A stretch of 64,000 bases of DNA from the human T2T-CHM13v2.0 reference genome, Homo sapiens: the NCBI RefSeq assembly GCF_009914755.1, contig NC_060930.1; one strand, written 5' to 3'. Positions within the stretch are counted from its first letter, which is position 1. Every line of letters starts with the position of its first letter. Of this stretch, positions 16,873 through 34,195 are shown in pieces. The notes under the pieces are model-generated. The model made no database searches, was not told the DNA's origin, and saw nothing but the letters and a program-made list of their open reading frames with translations. The translations under genes and the position numbers were made by a program.

Positions 16873-17749
16873 TTGTTCCTCACAGCCAAGGCCACTGTAA
16901 GCTCTCCCTGAGTCCTACAACTCTGACTTCTGGGGCCCTTACATCACGTCAAAGACAAAAACATATCCATGTCCCACCTTAAGTAGACTTTTATAATAAT
17001 ACTTTGAAATGTTTTTGTTGGTCTCAGTAACTCATTTAATTTAAGATTAACAGTCATTGCTTGGAGAGCATCTAGATACTCAGGAATTTTTTCAAAGTGG
17101 AAAAAAATTTAATCCACAGATAACTTGCTAATGTAATGAAAGTTCCAAAAGCCCTAAATTTAGTGACTGAATGAGTGGAACTATGATGTTATGTTTTTCA
17201 GATATTTAGTTAAATCCTCATTAATGTTAACTTTGAAGCTTTATTTGTATTTTCGGGTTTAGTTCTCTGTTTTAAATCTCAGTCAGTCATTTCTGTGAGC
17301 CTGTGGACAAGTCCGAGGCATGGTGACAGTACCATCTAATGGGCCAGACATCCCTGCCAACAAAGATGTTGTGAGATAATATCATTTTACAAGTAAGAAG
17401 CCCATTGGAGTTGATTTCAGAAGCCTGAGGCCTATGCAAAAAAAAAAAAACAAAAACAAAAACGGGGCTAGGCTTGAGAATGGAGACATCAAAGACCCAG
17501 TGTGTAATCAAAACAACAACAGATAAACAGAAAACTCCACAAGGCTCATTGTCTTTACCAAGATTTAATCATTTTACTTCAATAAATGCTCCTGGTATTA
17601 TTGCAAACCTTTGGTTAATTTCCAGAGTTTTGAAAAAGTTCGTTTTGACCATTTTTTACAGTGTTCTTGTTGCTTTTATGGAGACAGGATTTTCAGAGGT
17701 CCTTGCACTGCCATTCCAAAGTGTTTCTCAGCATTACCTATTTTAATCA

Positions 17750-18105
<356 letters not shown>

Positions 18106-18745
18106 TCATGAAAATTAAATGATGCATTGTATATAAAACAACTAATCTAATGCCTATAATATGGTAAATGCTTGATATTGAAGACAGCAGCTATTCTTTT
18201 TATATGATCATAATGCTCCCGGCCGGCCCTAAGCAGTTTAGTGGCTGAGTAGCTGAGTTGTAGAGCAGGGACGAGACCACCCATCTTCTGACTTTCAGCC
18301 AATGCCTCTGTGAATGCACCATCAGGCCCCATGACCTCACCGCAAATGAGCCATAGTTTAAGAGGCTCTTCTTGCCTCTTAAGTACATCATGCAATCTCC
18401 AGGTATAATCTTCAATATAATTTTAAGACATGACTCATGGAATGTATAATAAAATGTGTAAGATAATTTAATTCCAGTGATCATATGCAGATGAGTGGAG
18501 ACAGCCATGAGCAGAAAGCACATTCATTTTCTCCTGCTCCCAGTATTTACTCAAATGCAATCAACTTCCCCCTGGAACCACTCTTTCTGACACCCTGACT
18601 CCTCACCCAGCCCTCTCACACCATGGAAGATGCATCTCCCCACCCTTGGAATTGAAAAGGCTTGCGACAGCCCCCCCAGCACTTCAGCCCTCACTGGAAC
18701 CAACAGGGATGATGACAGCATTTTCCCGGTTCCCTCTGGACTTAG

Positions 18746-19064
<319 letters not shown>

Positions 19065-19129
19065 CCCTTTCTTTCTAACTTTAAGGAGGATGGAGACCTC
19101 TACAATAAGCAAAGGAAGAAGGGTAGATA

Positions 19130-19350
19130 GGAAAAGAGTATGTTTTGGAGTCAAGCAGAGCTAAATTCAAGGCCCAATTTTACTATTTACTGGCTGTGTG
19201 ATTTGGGTAAGCTACAAATCTCCCTGAGCCTCTGTCACACTCATCTACAAAAGAGCAATAAAATCACCTTTTTTTTTTTTTGCTACGTTATTGTGAGATG
19301 TAGAAATTCTACATGTCAAGAACCTGGTATTCAAGAGGTGCCCAGTTAGT
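19130..19350 (+). mobile_element. MIR relic
   Basis: TACTGGCTGTGTGATTTGGGTAAG...CTGAGCCTC...CTCATCT core. Confidence 0.6.
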
Positions 19351-20774
19351 GGCAGTGATCATCATCGTAATAGCCACGTGTTGATAAAGGCTGTGACACC
19401 AGCAGGGAAAGAAGTCACTCATGGCTACACTGAAAGTCCAGGCCTGGGTTTTTGTGTTTTGCTTTATTCTCTTCTCTCAAATCCAAACCTAATAAACTCC
19501 CCTGCAGGCATGGAACCCTTTTCCGTGTATTAAATGACATTGTTGTTGACCCCTCTGTAATTTGCGGAGCCAAGAAAAGAAGACTTGATCCTTCGTGGCC
19601 CTGTTTGATTTTAACCCAGGAAAAGTTGACTTGGAAAGTTTGGCATTTCCATTCTGCCCAGGGTGATTTTTCACCTTAAATTTCACTTTCCTGAGCCAAG
19701 AAAGAGCAAACCACTGAAAGACTTCATGTTTTTCTTCTTTTAATGAGCCCAAGGACGAGAATATGAAAGATTTACTTATAAAAGGGAAAAGCAGGTGAAA
19801 AATGCAGGCACAGTGTGTCCGTGGTCAGATGCCCATCCTGGCTTCTCAAACTGAGAACTGCTCCACCCCAAGAGCTCCTGAAAGTACTACCTGGATCCAA
19901 AATTGTCCTTCTTCTCTTCTCCAGTTATGTATGTGAAAGCATGGAAAGAAATAAATTTAGAGAAAAATTTTCAATCCTGTTGTGTAAACACATTACACAA
20001 ATGCTGTTATTCTTCATTAAAATCTGCTATCCCTGGAATTTTGGTTCTCATATACATATTAACACAAAAAGACAAATATAGCATCCAAAACAGGAATCAG
20101 TAAAAAACATTTAGAATGTTGGAATTGATCAATGGCATCCTGCAGATAGAACTCCAGGAATCAAATGTCCTGGAAGTGACTTTTTTGTTGTTGTTAGGAC
20201 TAGTCCAGTGGACCAATGGGAATACAAAAGGAACTGGAAGTTACTTAAAATTTACAATTAGTTATCCATTTCTGCATAATTCTTTTGTGAAGTCTTGCAA
20301 CATGTGAAGAGCATTTTTCCTAAAAGTTGAGGTATTCAAAGATTGAGCTTGCATATATTTATGACACAACTTGTTTCCCCTTTAAAAAAAAAAACATTAA
20401 AATGTAAGTGTATGAAACAGTTAAGGTGGGCAGTCTGTAGCCTACAGGATGCTGGGCATAAAGTGGCTAACAGGTAATGATCCTGCGCTTCCATCGCCAG
20501 GCAGAAGACTTCTTTCTGTCCTTAAACATTAAGTATCAAGGGGCCGTATTTCTGCCCAATGGAGTACTCTGTTTTCAGGAAGTTACTCTTCCAGCCAAAT
20601 GGAGAGCAACCAGACACCCTCCCATCCTTATCCTGGGGCAAGACAGAGATGGAGGGGGAGCCTGGCCGGAAAGAGAGGAAGGAGCCTTTGCAGGGGGCAC
20701 AGAACAAGCAGCAGACATTTCTGCAGAGCTTTTTGGAAGGAGCCAGACTCTTACAATTAAAATCAGGAAAGACA

Positions 20775-20817
20775 GGCTGGGTGACAAGGCAAGACTTTGT
20801 CTCAAAACAACAAAAAA
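20775..20817 (+). mobile_element. Severely 5'-truncated Alu (~40 bp)
   Basis: CTGGGTGACAAGGCAAGACTTTGTCTCAAAA flanked by AGGAAAGAC repeats. Confidence 0.7.
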
Positions 20818-20872
20818 GTTAGGAAAGACTGTGATTTGAAGCATGAAGGCTGAGCAAGTATATTCTCTAAGA

Positions 20873-21207
20873 CAGTGGTCCCCAGCCTTTTTGGCACCAG
20901 GGACCAGTTTTGTGGAAGGCTGTTTTTCCACAGGGTGGGTCGTGGGGTCAGAGGGTATGAAACTGTTCCACCTCAGATCATCAGGCATTAGATTCTCATA
21001 AGGAGCACACAACCTAGATCCTTCACATGCACAGTTCCCGATAGGATTCAAGCTCCCATGAGAATCTAATGGCGCAACTGATCTGACAGAAGGCAGAGCT
21101 CAGGCGGTAATGCTCACTTGTCCGCCGCTCACCTCCTGCTATGCAGCCTGGTTCCTAACAGGCCATGGACTGGTACAGGTCTGTGGCCCCGAGACTGAGG
21201 ACCCCTG
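20873..21207. mobile_element. MER1B (hAT-Charlie)
   Basis: CAGTGGTCCCCA...GGACCCCTG terminal inverted repeats; 8-bp TSD CTCTAAGA / CTCAAAGA. Confidence 0.9.
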
Positions 21208-21859
21208 CTCAAAGACAAAGAATAAAAACCCACCTACAAGAAAGTAATGCCCCCACACAAACCAGAACAGAACGGAAGGGGCCAGAGGGACCTGGAAAAA
21301 GCATGTGGCTGTGTACATGCACACACAAACACACAAGATATTTTCACTGAATGAAAACAGTCTACTCTCTTAGCCATGCTTGACCAAATCATCTCTTGCA
21401 GGAATAGTTCACATTTTTTAAAAAGCACTTAAGGAACTGAGATATCAGAAGCACAGAGTAGAATTCAGTGATTATCAAACCGTGTGAGCAGTCAAGTTTT
21501 CTGTTCCATCTTCATTCATATCAGCTTGCCATAAGTACAGGAGTAAGTATGTTGTGAAGTTATTCTTCTATTAATTCTGGCAATCATTGTATTAACTACT
21601 CGTTCGAGGCATATTGCAATACTGACTCAACATAAGCTTATCTTCAAGTGATAAGGCAGCCTGGTGCTGTTACTAAGTGACACCTCGTCAACACTTGCTA
21701 TCAAGAATTGCTCATAACAGAATTTGGTTAAATGTAATGTTTAATCATCATGAACTAAAAAACAAAGCAATGAAATTACTAATCCCATATAAAGTATATT
21801 TATGGAAAATATGAATTATTTTTATTCGTTTTAAATAAAACAATATTATTAATAATACC

Positions 21860-22090
21860 AAATGTTTATTGAGCCCCTATTATGTACTAAGCACTGTGCT
21901 GAGTAATTAATAGATGTTACCAATGTTAATCTTTACTAGGGCTCTTTGAGATGAGTTCTATTATTATTTTCCAATTAGGAAACTGAGTCTAAGAGAGGTT
22001 AAATAACTTGCCCATTGTCAAGCTGGTAAGAGACAGAGTTGAGATTTGAACCCAAGCAGTCTGAGAATTGAATCAAAACTCTTAAACATA
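21860..22090 (-). mobile_element. MIR relic
   Basis: GGAAACTGAGTCTAAGAGAGGTTAAATAACTTGCCC...GATTTGAACCCA. Confidence 0.7.
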
Positions 22091-22473
22091 GAACCAAATA
22101 AGAATTTTGTTCTTTATTCTGTTAAATACAAAACAACATCATCCATCATATTAAATTCATGTTATTAATCTGAATTTTATTAGTTTTTTCATTTTGTTTT
22201 TATAGCATTTGTAGATTTTTCTTGGTTTTATCACTGTATTAGATCTAACAGTATGAGGACTCTGTATCTAGTTTTAGTTTTGATCATATTTAAGTAATAT
22301 AATAAAAAAGAATTTAGGTCAACATTGGATATCTATGATAAATATTTCCTTTAAAATGGGTCTATACCTTGTTTTACAAATGCCAATGTAAAATAAGAGA
22401 ACTTCCCCTTACTTAAAACAAATTTATCTTCTGTCCAATATAACATTTTGACCACTAAAGAATATTTTACTCA

Positions 22474-22778
<305 letters not shown>

Positions 22779-23542
22779 TTACCTATAGCTGATAATTTAT
22801 CTGATTTCTCATTTTCATTCTCAAACAGTCTTTTCTCCTGAGAGTTTAAGGAGCTGTGCAGAATATTTTCAATAAATTAATATGTTTCATTATAATATCA
22901 ACATCCTAAGAGTTGGGAAGAGTTATTAAAATCACAGTAACAATAGCATGGCTCTCCATAGTATCTTTCCTCTCAATATTGAAAAATGCTTTCAGAGACA
23001 TTATCTCAATTACCTTCTTACATCCTGAGGAAGTAGGTAGTGGAAAATCTCTGTCACAACCTCACAGAATCTAAAGTACAAAGAGGTTAAATAAAACTCA
23101 CAAGAGAATTCATGTCAAGCAGTGAATTTTATATAGTCAATTACCTTTGGGTTCTAAATTAGATTTCACAACCCCAAGGGAACTCACATACTGATTCCGT
23201 GAAACCATCAGATGAAGAGGTCTCTGTCCCATGCATATCTGCTGTTCCCATGGTTAGACAGGGAGAGAGTTCGGGGAGATGGGTGATGGGGTGCAGTCAG
23301 GGTCTGGTTTGGCTCTTAGGTTTGAAACTTACTAGTCTGAGACCTTGGGAAAATTATTTACCTTTTGTGGGCCTCAGTTTCCTCATCTATAAAATGGGAT
23401 GAGGAAACCTACCTCATGGAATCATTTTGATAATTAAGTAAGATATTACATGCCAGGGCTTGGCACTGACCTCACATAGAGTATATGCTGAAGTAATGGG
23501 AGTGATTACTGTATTACTGTCAGTAGTGGCAATTGTGCTAAC

Positions 23543-23890
<348 letters not shown>

Positions 23891-25080
23891 TAGGGGAAAA
23901 AAATTCCACTTACTATAACATCAAAAAGAATAAAATACTTAGGAATAAACTTAACTAAGGAGGTGGAAGACTTGTACACTGAAAACTACAAAACATTGAT
24001 GAAAGAAATTATAGTAGGCACAAATAAATGGAAAGACAACCCATGTCCATGGATTGAAAGAGTTACCATTGTCAAAATGTCCATAACTACCCACAATGAT
24101 CTATAAATTTAATGTAATCCCTATCAAAATTCCAATGCATTTTCTACAACAATAGAAAAAAATTTTTAAATTCATATGGAAATATAAAAGACCCTGAATA
24201 CCCCAATCTATCTTGAAAAAGAACTCCAGCTGTGTTAGCTGGAGACATCGCACTTCCTAATTTCAAAATGTATTACAAAGTTCTGATAATTAAAACACTA
24301 TGGTATTGGCATAAACACAGACATGTTGACCAAAAGACCAGAAATAAACCCATGCATATGCAGTTAACTGATATTCAATGAGGGTGCCAAGAATCCACAA
24401 TGGAGAAAGGATAGTCTCTACAACAAATGGTGTTTTGTAAAACTGGATATCCACATGCAAATTGTATCCTTATCTTACACCATACACAAAAATCAATGCA
24501 AACAGATTAAAAACTTCAATGTAAAACCCAAAACTGTAAAACTCCTAGAAGAAAGATAGAGGAAAAGTTTTGTGGCATGGTCTTGGCAATGATTTCATAG
24601 ATATGGCAACAAACGCAAACACAGACAAATGAGAATACATCCAACTAGAAAGCTTCTGCACAGCAAAGGAAATAATCAACAGAGTGAAGAGACAACCTGT
24701 TGAATGGGAGAAAATGTTTGCAAACCATATATCTGATAAAGGATTAATATCCAAAATATATAAGAGACTTCTACAACTCAACAGAAAAAAAAAAAACCCT
24801 AATAACGCAATTTAAAAATAGGCAAAGGACTTGAATAGACATTTCTCCAAGGAAGACATGCAAATGGCCAACGGGCATATGGAAAGATGTTCAATGCCAC
24901 TAATCATCAGGGAAATGCAAATCAAAACCACAATGAGCTAGCACTTCACACCTGTTAGAATGACTGTTATTTTTTAAAAAATATAATAAGTGTTGGAGAG
25001 GATGTGAAGAAATTGGAAGGTTTGTATGCTGTTGGCAGGAATACAAAATGGTGCAGCCACTATGGAACATGGTATGGAGG

Positions 25081-25434
25081 TGTATTAGTCCATTTTCACA
25101 CTGCTGATAAAGACGTACCCAAGACTGGGAAGAAAAAGAGGTTTCATTGGACTTACAGTTCCACATGGCTGGGGAGGCTAAGAATCATGGTGGGAGGTGA
25201 AAGGCACTTCTTACATGGGGGTGGCAAGAGAAAATGAGGAAGATGCTAAAGTAGAAACCCCTGATAAACCCATCAGATCTCGTGAGACTTATTCACTACC
25301 ATGAGAACAGTATGGGGAAAACCACCCCCATGATTCAAATTATCTCCCACTGGGTCCCTCCCACAACACGTGGGAATTACAGGAGTATAGTTCAAGATGA
25401 GATTTGGGTGGGGACACAGAGCCAAACCATATCA
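25081..25434 (-). mobile_element. THE1 (ERVL-MaLR) solo LTR
   Basis: 354 bp; minus strand starts TGATATGGTTTGGCT; 5-bp TSD GGAGG (25076-25080, 25435-25439). Confidence 0.95.
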
Positions 25435-25940
25435 GGAGGTTCTCAAAAAATTAAAACTAGAACTACTATATAATCTAGGAATTTAGTCTTTATCCAAAAA
25501 AATTAAAATCCGAATCTCAAATATTGTCATTCCCATGTTCATTGCAGCACCATTCACAATAGCCAAGATGTGGAAACAACCTAAATGTACAACAATGGGT
25601 AAAGAAAATGTGGTGTGTACATAAATGGAACACTATTCTGCCTTAGAAAAGAAGGAAATCCTGCAATGTGAGACAACATGGATGAGCCTTGGGAACATGA
25701 TGCCAAGTGAAATAAGCCAGACACAGAAAGACAAATGCTGCATGATTCTACTTAACGGAGGTATCTAAAATATTTAAATTCATAGGAACAAAGAGCAGAA
25801 TGGTGGTTGCCAAAGTCTGCAGGGAGGGGAAGTGGGAAATTATTATTCAATGAATATAGTTTCAGTTATACTAGATGAATAAGTTCTAGAGGTCTCCTGT
25901 ACAACACAGTGCCTGTAGTTAACACTGTATTGTGCACTTA

Positions 25941-27205
<1,265 letters not shown>

Positions 27206-27764
27206 CAGGATAGATCTTATGTTAAGTGTTCTTGCCATAGTTTTCTTTTTAGTGGCAAAAAAAAAAAAAAAAAAGAGGGAGTACAGCAGCTGTGAATAGA
27301 GATTATAGATAATTATGGATTCTTGTTTAGCATGCTTTCAGATTGAACTCATTATGGTCTAACCAAGGGGATTTAGTCTCATATAAAAAGAAGTTCACAG
27401 GTAGAGCAGTTTCAGGGCTAATTCAGTAACTCAAAAAGGTACTTCCATTTCTTCAAGGATCCAAGTTGTTTACATTTCTTCAGTCTACCAGACTCAATAG
27501 ACTTATTTTGCCTCGGGCTGTTTCCTTTCATCATCACAAGGTGGTTGCCAAATCCCGAGATTAAAAACAGCCATGGTTAAGTCCAGAGAAGAACAAGGAT
27601 CTGTGTCTTTTTTTTCCCTCTATTTTCAAAGGAAGAGAAAAAAATCTTTCCACAAGCCTCCAGATTTCCCCCAGTGTCTAATTGGCCAGAACAGGTCACA
27701 TATTCCCTCCTAAGCCAGTCACTGGGACCACCATAATTGCCTGGGGTCATCAAGATTCTGCTTC

Positions 27765-28446
27765 TGTAACCGCCCAAGGGGTTCACCTTGCCCCGCTGCC
27801 TAGACAGAGCCAATTCATCAAGACACGGGAATTGCAATAGAGAAAGAGTAATATACGCAGAGCCGGCTGTATGGGAGACTGGAGTTTTATTATTACTCAA
27901 ATCAGTCTCCCTGATCATTGGGGAGCAGAGTTTTTAAAGATAATTTGGTGGGTGGGGGAAAGCCAGTAAGCCAGGAGTACTGGTTGGTCAGAGATGAAAT
28001 CATGGGGAGTCAAAGCTGTCTTGTGCTGAATCAGTTCCTAGGTGGGAGCCACAAGATCAGGTGAGCCAGTTTATTGATGGGGTGGTGCCAGCTGATCCAT
28101 CAAGTGCAGGGTCTGCAAATATATCTCAAGCACTGATTTCTAGGAGCAGTTTAGGGAGGGTCAGAATCTTGTAGCCTCCAGCTGCACGACTCCTAAATCA
28201 TAATTTCTAATCTTGTGGCTAATGTTAGTCCTACAAAGGCAATCTAGTCTCCAAGCAAGAAGGAGGTCTGCTTTGGCAAAGAGCTATTAGTGTCTTTGTT
28301 TAAACTATAAACTAAGTTTCTCCCAAAGTTAGTTCAGCTTACGCCCAGGAATGAACACAGACAGCTTGGAGGTGAGAAGCAAGATGCAGTCGGTTAAGTT
28401 AGATCTCTCTCACTGTCTCAGTCATAATTTTGCAAAGGCAGTTTCA
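27765..28446 (-). mobile_element. LTR8 (ERV1) solo LTR
   Basis: Minus strand starts TGAAACTGCCTTTGCAAAATTATGACTGAGACAG; 682 bp; 4-bp TSD CTTC. Confidence 0.9.
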
Positions 28447-28782
28447 CTTCTAGGACAGAAAATGGGAAGCACAGATAGGATAGAAACCTGGACAAGAGGA
28501 GGATTCTACTGGAAGGAAGCAGTTGGGTGGCTGCATTTTTTGGATGCTTCCTGTTTTGAGACATAAAAGTGCTTTGTTGAAGGTGGGTCTGTCTGACGTG
28601 CGTCACACATTGTATGAACTGAGCAACATGCATGTTGTGAGCGTGGACATCAGCACGTCCTAAGTCTGCTCTGTGCCTCTGAGTTTCGAGAGCAAAATTT
28701 CTGAGTGAGGGCTCTCCCTCTCACCTGTGCAGCTATCACAACCTCAAAGCATCCAAGACTATGGTCGGAATAGCAGTGCAGG

Positions 28783-29334
28783 TGTTACAGGAAAGGGGTC
28801 CTGATCCAGATCCCAAGAGAGGGTTCTTGGATCTTGTGCAAGAAAGAATTCAGGGTGAGTCCATAGAATAAAGTGAAAGCAAGTGTATTAAGAAAGTAAA
28901 GGAATAAAGAATGGCTACTCCATAGACAGAGCAGCCCCGAGGGCTGCTGGTTGCCCATTTTTATGGTTGTTTCTTGATGATATGCTAAACAAGGGGTGAA
29001 TCTCATGTCTCCCCTTTTTAGACCATGCAGGGTAACTTCCTGACATTGCCATGGCACTTGTAAACTGTCATGGTGCAGGTGGGAGTGTAGCAGTGAGGAC
29101 GACCAGAGGTCACTCTCGTGGCCATCTTGGTCTTGGTGAGATAGGGCCGGCTTCTTTACTGCAACCTGCTTTATCAGCAAGGTCTTTATGACCTGCATCT
29201 TGTGCTGACCTCTTATCTCATCTTGTGACTTAGAATGCCTTAACAGTCTGGGAATGCAGCCCAGTAGGTCTCCGCCTCATTTTACCCAGCTCTGTATTCA
29301 AGATGGAGTTGCTCTGGTTCGCATGCCTCTGACA
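28783..29334 (-). mobile_element. MER41A (ERV1) solo LTR
   Basis: Minus strand starts TGTCAGAGGCATGCGAACCAGAGCAACTCCATCTTG; 552 bp; no TTCCNGGAA GAS block; TSD CAGG/CCGG. Confidence 0.9.
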
Positions 29335-30154
29335 CCGGGAGAAATTCTCCCTCTCAGCCATCTCTTTCCTAGTGGCCTCTCTCAGCATCATATGTTAGTC
29401 ACTCCTCCCTTCCTGGTAGGGAAGAGAATGCCTCCGGGTTAGAAAAACACCAGCTGAGAGTTTATAGACATTTCTCTTTGAACATGTGGAACAACAAAGA
29501 CTACTGATAGACTGTTGGGCATAATTTTAGAATTTGCCTTATTTTGTCAAAGATTAAAGAAAGAAAAGGCCACTTTCCCACTATTCGATTTAACTCAGTC
29601 GGATTATACGGTGACAATGTCACTCACTGATTTAAGCTTGAATGTGAGAGATTTAAAAGCAATGGCTTGAAAGGAGTTGTTTTGCATCTTAAAAGAAACC
29701 ACGACTTCAGAGTGATTTTGATTTTCCATTCCTACAAAGGAAGAAACGAAGCTAAATGCTTTTAATCCTAAAAGTGCCCTTTCAGAATTTCTGGGATCAC
29801 GGTTGCAAGGCAGAAGTGGAGAACTACCCATTGGATGCCTCTCCAGGAGTCACATCTGTCTCCTCAGACTTTGATCTTCTCAGACATTGCTGGAGAGGCA
29901 GGGACAGAAAGTTCAGATGCTACGGAAAGACAGTGTGGGTCAGACCACACAGTGTTCCTTTGAAACTCCTGGCTTACTGGCTTTCCCCCACCCACCCATC
30001 AAGTGTGTCCTTTGAGGTGAGACATAACATCAGCTGACTAACAAGATGTTTGCCAGTAATCACATCTGATGACAGTAAATGTCAGTCTCCCAACACAATT
30101 TCTATTTTATTTCATTAATACCATCCTCAGTGGTTTGCTTGAAAGGGTTAAATT

Positions 30155-30453
<299 letters not shown>

Positions 30454-30839
30454 AGAGTTAAATTGGAAAATGTATGTCTTGGTGCTCTGTAAATTGCGAA
30501 GCTCTACATAAGTATGATTCCCTGTCTTTATAAATTTGCAATCTGGTGTGCCATGTCTGGGGACAATAACTCCTTCATTGCTCCAGGCACAGAGTTCTGG
30601 ATTGAGGTCCTGGCTTCTGCTTCTCCAAGATTATCCAAATTTCTTGCTCCTTGAAGGTGGACTTTGAGGACCAGCATCACTTGTGTACCCCATAGCTTCT
30701 AATGCAGCAAGCAGGGAATAGACACTCCAGCAAGCAAGTGAATAAGCAAAGAAAACCAGGCCCCCGAGACGCAGGCGGATCCCCAGGCGGATCCCCAGAG
30801 GCAACAGAGTCAAATATGCGGGAAAGAATCTGATTCCGG

Positions 30840-30853
30840 CCAGCAGAGGGCAG
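30840..30853 (+). promoter_or_regulatory. Candidate CTCF-binding site
   Basis: CCAGCAGAGGGCAG matches the core CCASYAGRKGGCRS at all 14 positions, within a CpG-retaining non-repeat patch. Confidence 0.55.
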
Positions 30854-31419
30854 GAGCGAGAGGAAACTGGGCATCTCAGCAACAAAGCAGGCTGTGCCAA
30901 CCTGCGGCCGAGGGCCAGATCGCAAGCCCCGGTGCAGAGAGGACGCCGGGAGAATCCAGCTAATTCTGACAGCCTTTCCCTTGGACTTTAGCTGTAATGT
31001 GTGTGTGTTCCATTATCTCACACATCACTGCACTGAATTCCACTTCAACTTCCACCCCCTCCCCCCACCAGGAGCTGGCAGTTAAGATATTTACCAAGAT
31101 GGTGCTGCCTCTCTAGTAAAACTCAGGAGGATTAAAATAATAATAAACAAACCGAGAGAGGGAGTCCAGAAAAGTGGACTAGGAAGCACAACACAGAAGC
31201 AGCTTCAGCACTGGAAAATATTCAGTCGTAAGAATCACCATGCATTCCCTCAGTGCTTGGCAGCCACTTTCTCACTTGAGCCCCATACTCTTTGTATGAG
31301 GTATGGGGTGGCTACTTGTGGAGTGCTGTGTCTAAGTCACCCTGCATGGGAGAGGCAGCACCAGGATTCTAACTCAGGATCCTGGGGCCTTATCCACGGC
31401 ACTCTGTTACCGGGGACAC

Positions 31420-33230
31420 GCTCATTCACTCAACAAACCTTCACGGACTGCCCATCAGTTCTTGTGCCAGGTATACAGAAGGGAAGGACACGGTCCTGTC
31501 CTCCAAGAGCTCATCCTCCAAAAGAGCATGGATACTAATAAACAGTCACAGTTTGGTATGACATGGCCATGACAGAGAAGAGTCACCCAACGCAAACTGG
31601 GAGGGCCAGTGAACATTTCCAGGAGGAAGTGACAGAAGTTGCCCTGCTGATGACCTCAGTGGCACCATTCATTTTATCACTATGTACCAGAAAATTGTCA
31701 TAATCTACAGTGACCTCAGATGTGCACAGGGCACCCTCCACCTCTTTGCAATGCCCCTTGCACAGCCATACTGGGAAGCTTGCAGCTGAACCAAGCTTTG
31801 AAGGATGACTAGGAGCAGGCAATCAAAGAAAGGAATAGGGGCTAGGGCTGGCGTCGGGTGGAGGGATTCTGGGTGAAGGGGTTGGCACCAGCATAGGGGG
31901 TAGGCCTGAGAAATGTCCCCACAGCTGGAGCGTAGGTCTCAGGAGGAATGGTAACAAGAAGACTAAGAAGCAGATGGGGAGGCCAGGAGTTTGAGGAGCT
32001 TGGGCAACATAGCAGGACCTCGTCTCCACAAAAAGAAATTAAAAATTAGCCGGCCATGGTGGTGCATGCCTGTAGTCCCACTTACTCAGGAGGCTGAGGC
32101 AGGAGGATCACTTGAGCCCAGGAGTTCAAAGTTACAGTGAGGTGTGATCTCACTGCTGCACTCCAGCCTCCAAGGTCTTCAGAGCAAGACCCTATCAAAA
32201 AAGAAAAGAAAAGAAAGAAGAAAGGAAGGAAGGAAAGAAGGAAAGAGAAAGAGAGAAAGAAAGAAAGAAAAAAGAGAGGAAGGAAGGAAAAAGAAAAGAA
32301 AGAAAAAAGAAGCAGATGAGGCCAGGTCACCTAAAAGGCCTTTTCTACCATGCCAAGGAGGCTAGATGTTACATGGAATGCTATGAGGGTCTTTGGGAGA
32401 ATATTATACAGGGAAATGGCAATATCATAAATGTGATTTCAGAAATATCATTACTCTAGCAGCATGGAGAATGGATTCGAGAGCGGCAAGTCTGGGGATA
32501 GGAGAGCAGTGAGGAGCTTCCCGATGATCCCAGAGCAAAATGACAAGGGCCTGGGGAAAAGACACTCTTGGTGGGGGCAGAGGAAGGGGAGGCTTCCGGA
32601 GTTGGGCAGGAAGAAGAACAGATCAAATCTACCAACTAAACAATGGTAAGTGGGAGAGGTCAGGGGTAAGGATGACTGAAGGCTCTGGCTGGGGTCACTG
32701 GGCACATGGTGACACCATGTCCCCTGGATAAGCCCCATGAGGGTGGGACTGTGGCTGAGTCACAGCTGTATGGTCAGCACGTGTAGTGACTAGCAGGTAA
32801 TGGGTGTCTGAGAAGTATTTATGGGGTGAACGCTAGCATGGATGCCTGCGTGAGCAAGACAGGTAGGGATGATGGAACCTGTTGAGTAGGAGACGCCTGA
32901 GAGATGGTCACAGGAAGCTGTGCAGCAGGAAGTTGCACAGATGAGACCTGAGTTCAACAGGGAGACCTGAACTGAAGGCAGGGATCTGGGAAGCAGCGGC
33001 ATTCACGTTCCCAGTGAGGACAGTGGAAGAAGACCTCAGGTCCTGAAAAACACCAACAGCTGAAGGGCCAGCAGAGGAACCTGTGCCCTCAGAGAAGGTT
33101 TAAAATCATAGCAAGGAACAATGATGGTGTTGAGAGTTTCAAAAGACAGGAGTCTCTGGGAGGCCAAGTAGAATAAGGAGTGAAATTTACCTATTGAATT
33201 TGGCAACCTGGACGTCAGAAGTCACACGGC
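31420..33230 (-). mobile_element. L2 relic, fragmented (contains an AluJ piece)
   Basis: CATTCACTCAACAAAC 3' end and purine-rich L2-like motifs; boundaries approximate. Confidence 0.5.
31981..32312 (+). mobile_element. Partial AluJ with GA-rich tail
   Basis: AGGAGGATCACTTGAGCCCAGGAGTTC AluJ signature; (GAAA/GGAA)n tail. Confidence 0.85.
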
Positions 33231-33436
33231 CCTGGCTGGTAGGAATTCTGAGTCATGCAGGCTGCGGGCAGGGGACCATGACATCTAGCTGAAGCCATGC
33301 AAAGATGGGGCCTGAGAGCCAAACCAGGCTGTGACATGCTAGAGCTGGCCCTGATGGGCCCAGGAGCACTCATGGTTAAATTTTCAGGAAATTTGCAAGC
33401 TGGTTGTTAAACACAGCCATTATTAAAAATTAAATG

Positions 33437-33768
<332 letters not shown>

Positions 33769-33816
33769 TTACAAATTGAATAGATTATACTAAAAACAAA
33801 AGTAATAAACACTTAA

Positions 33817-34195
<379 letters not shown>

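Noticed and set aside
28783-29334. Interferon-inducible MER41 enhancer
   Set aside because: This copy is MER41A-type and lacks the tandem GAS/STAT1 motifs of MER41B
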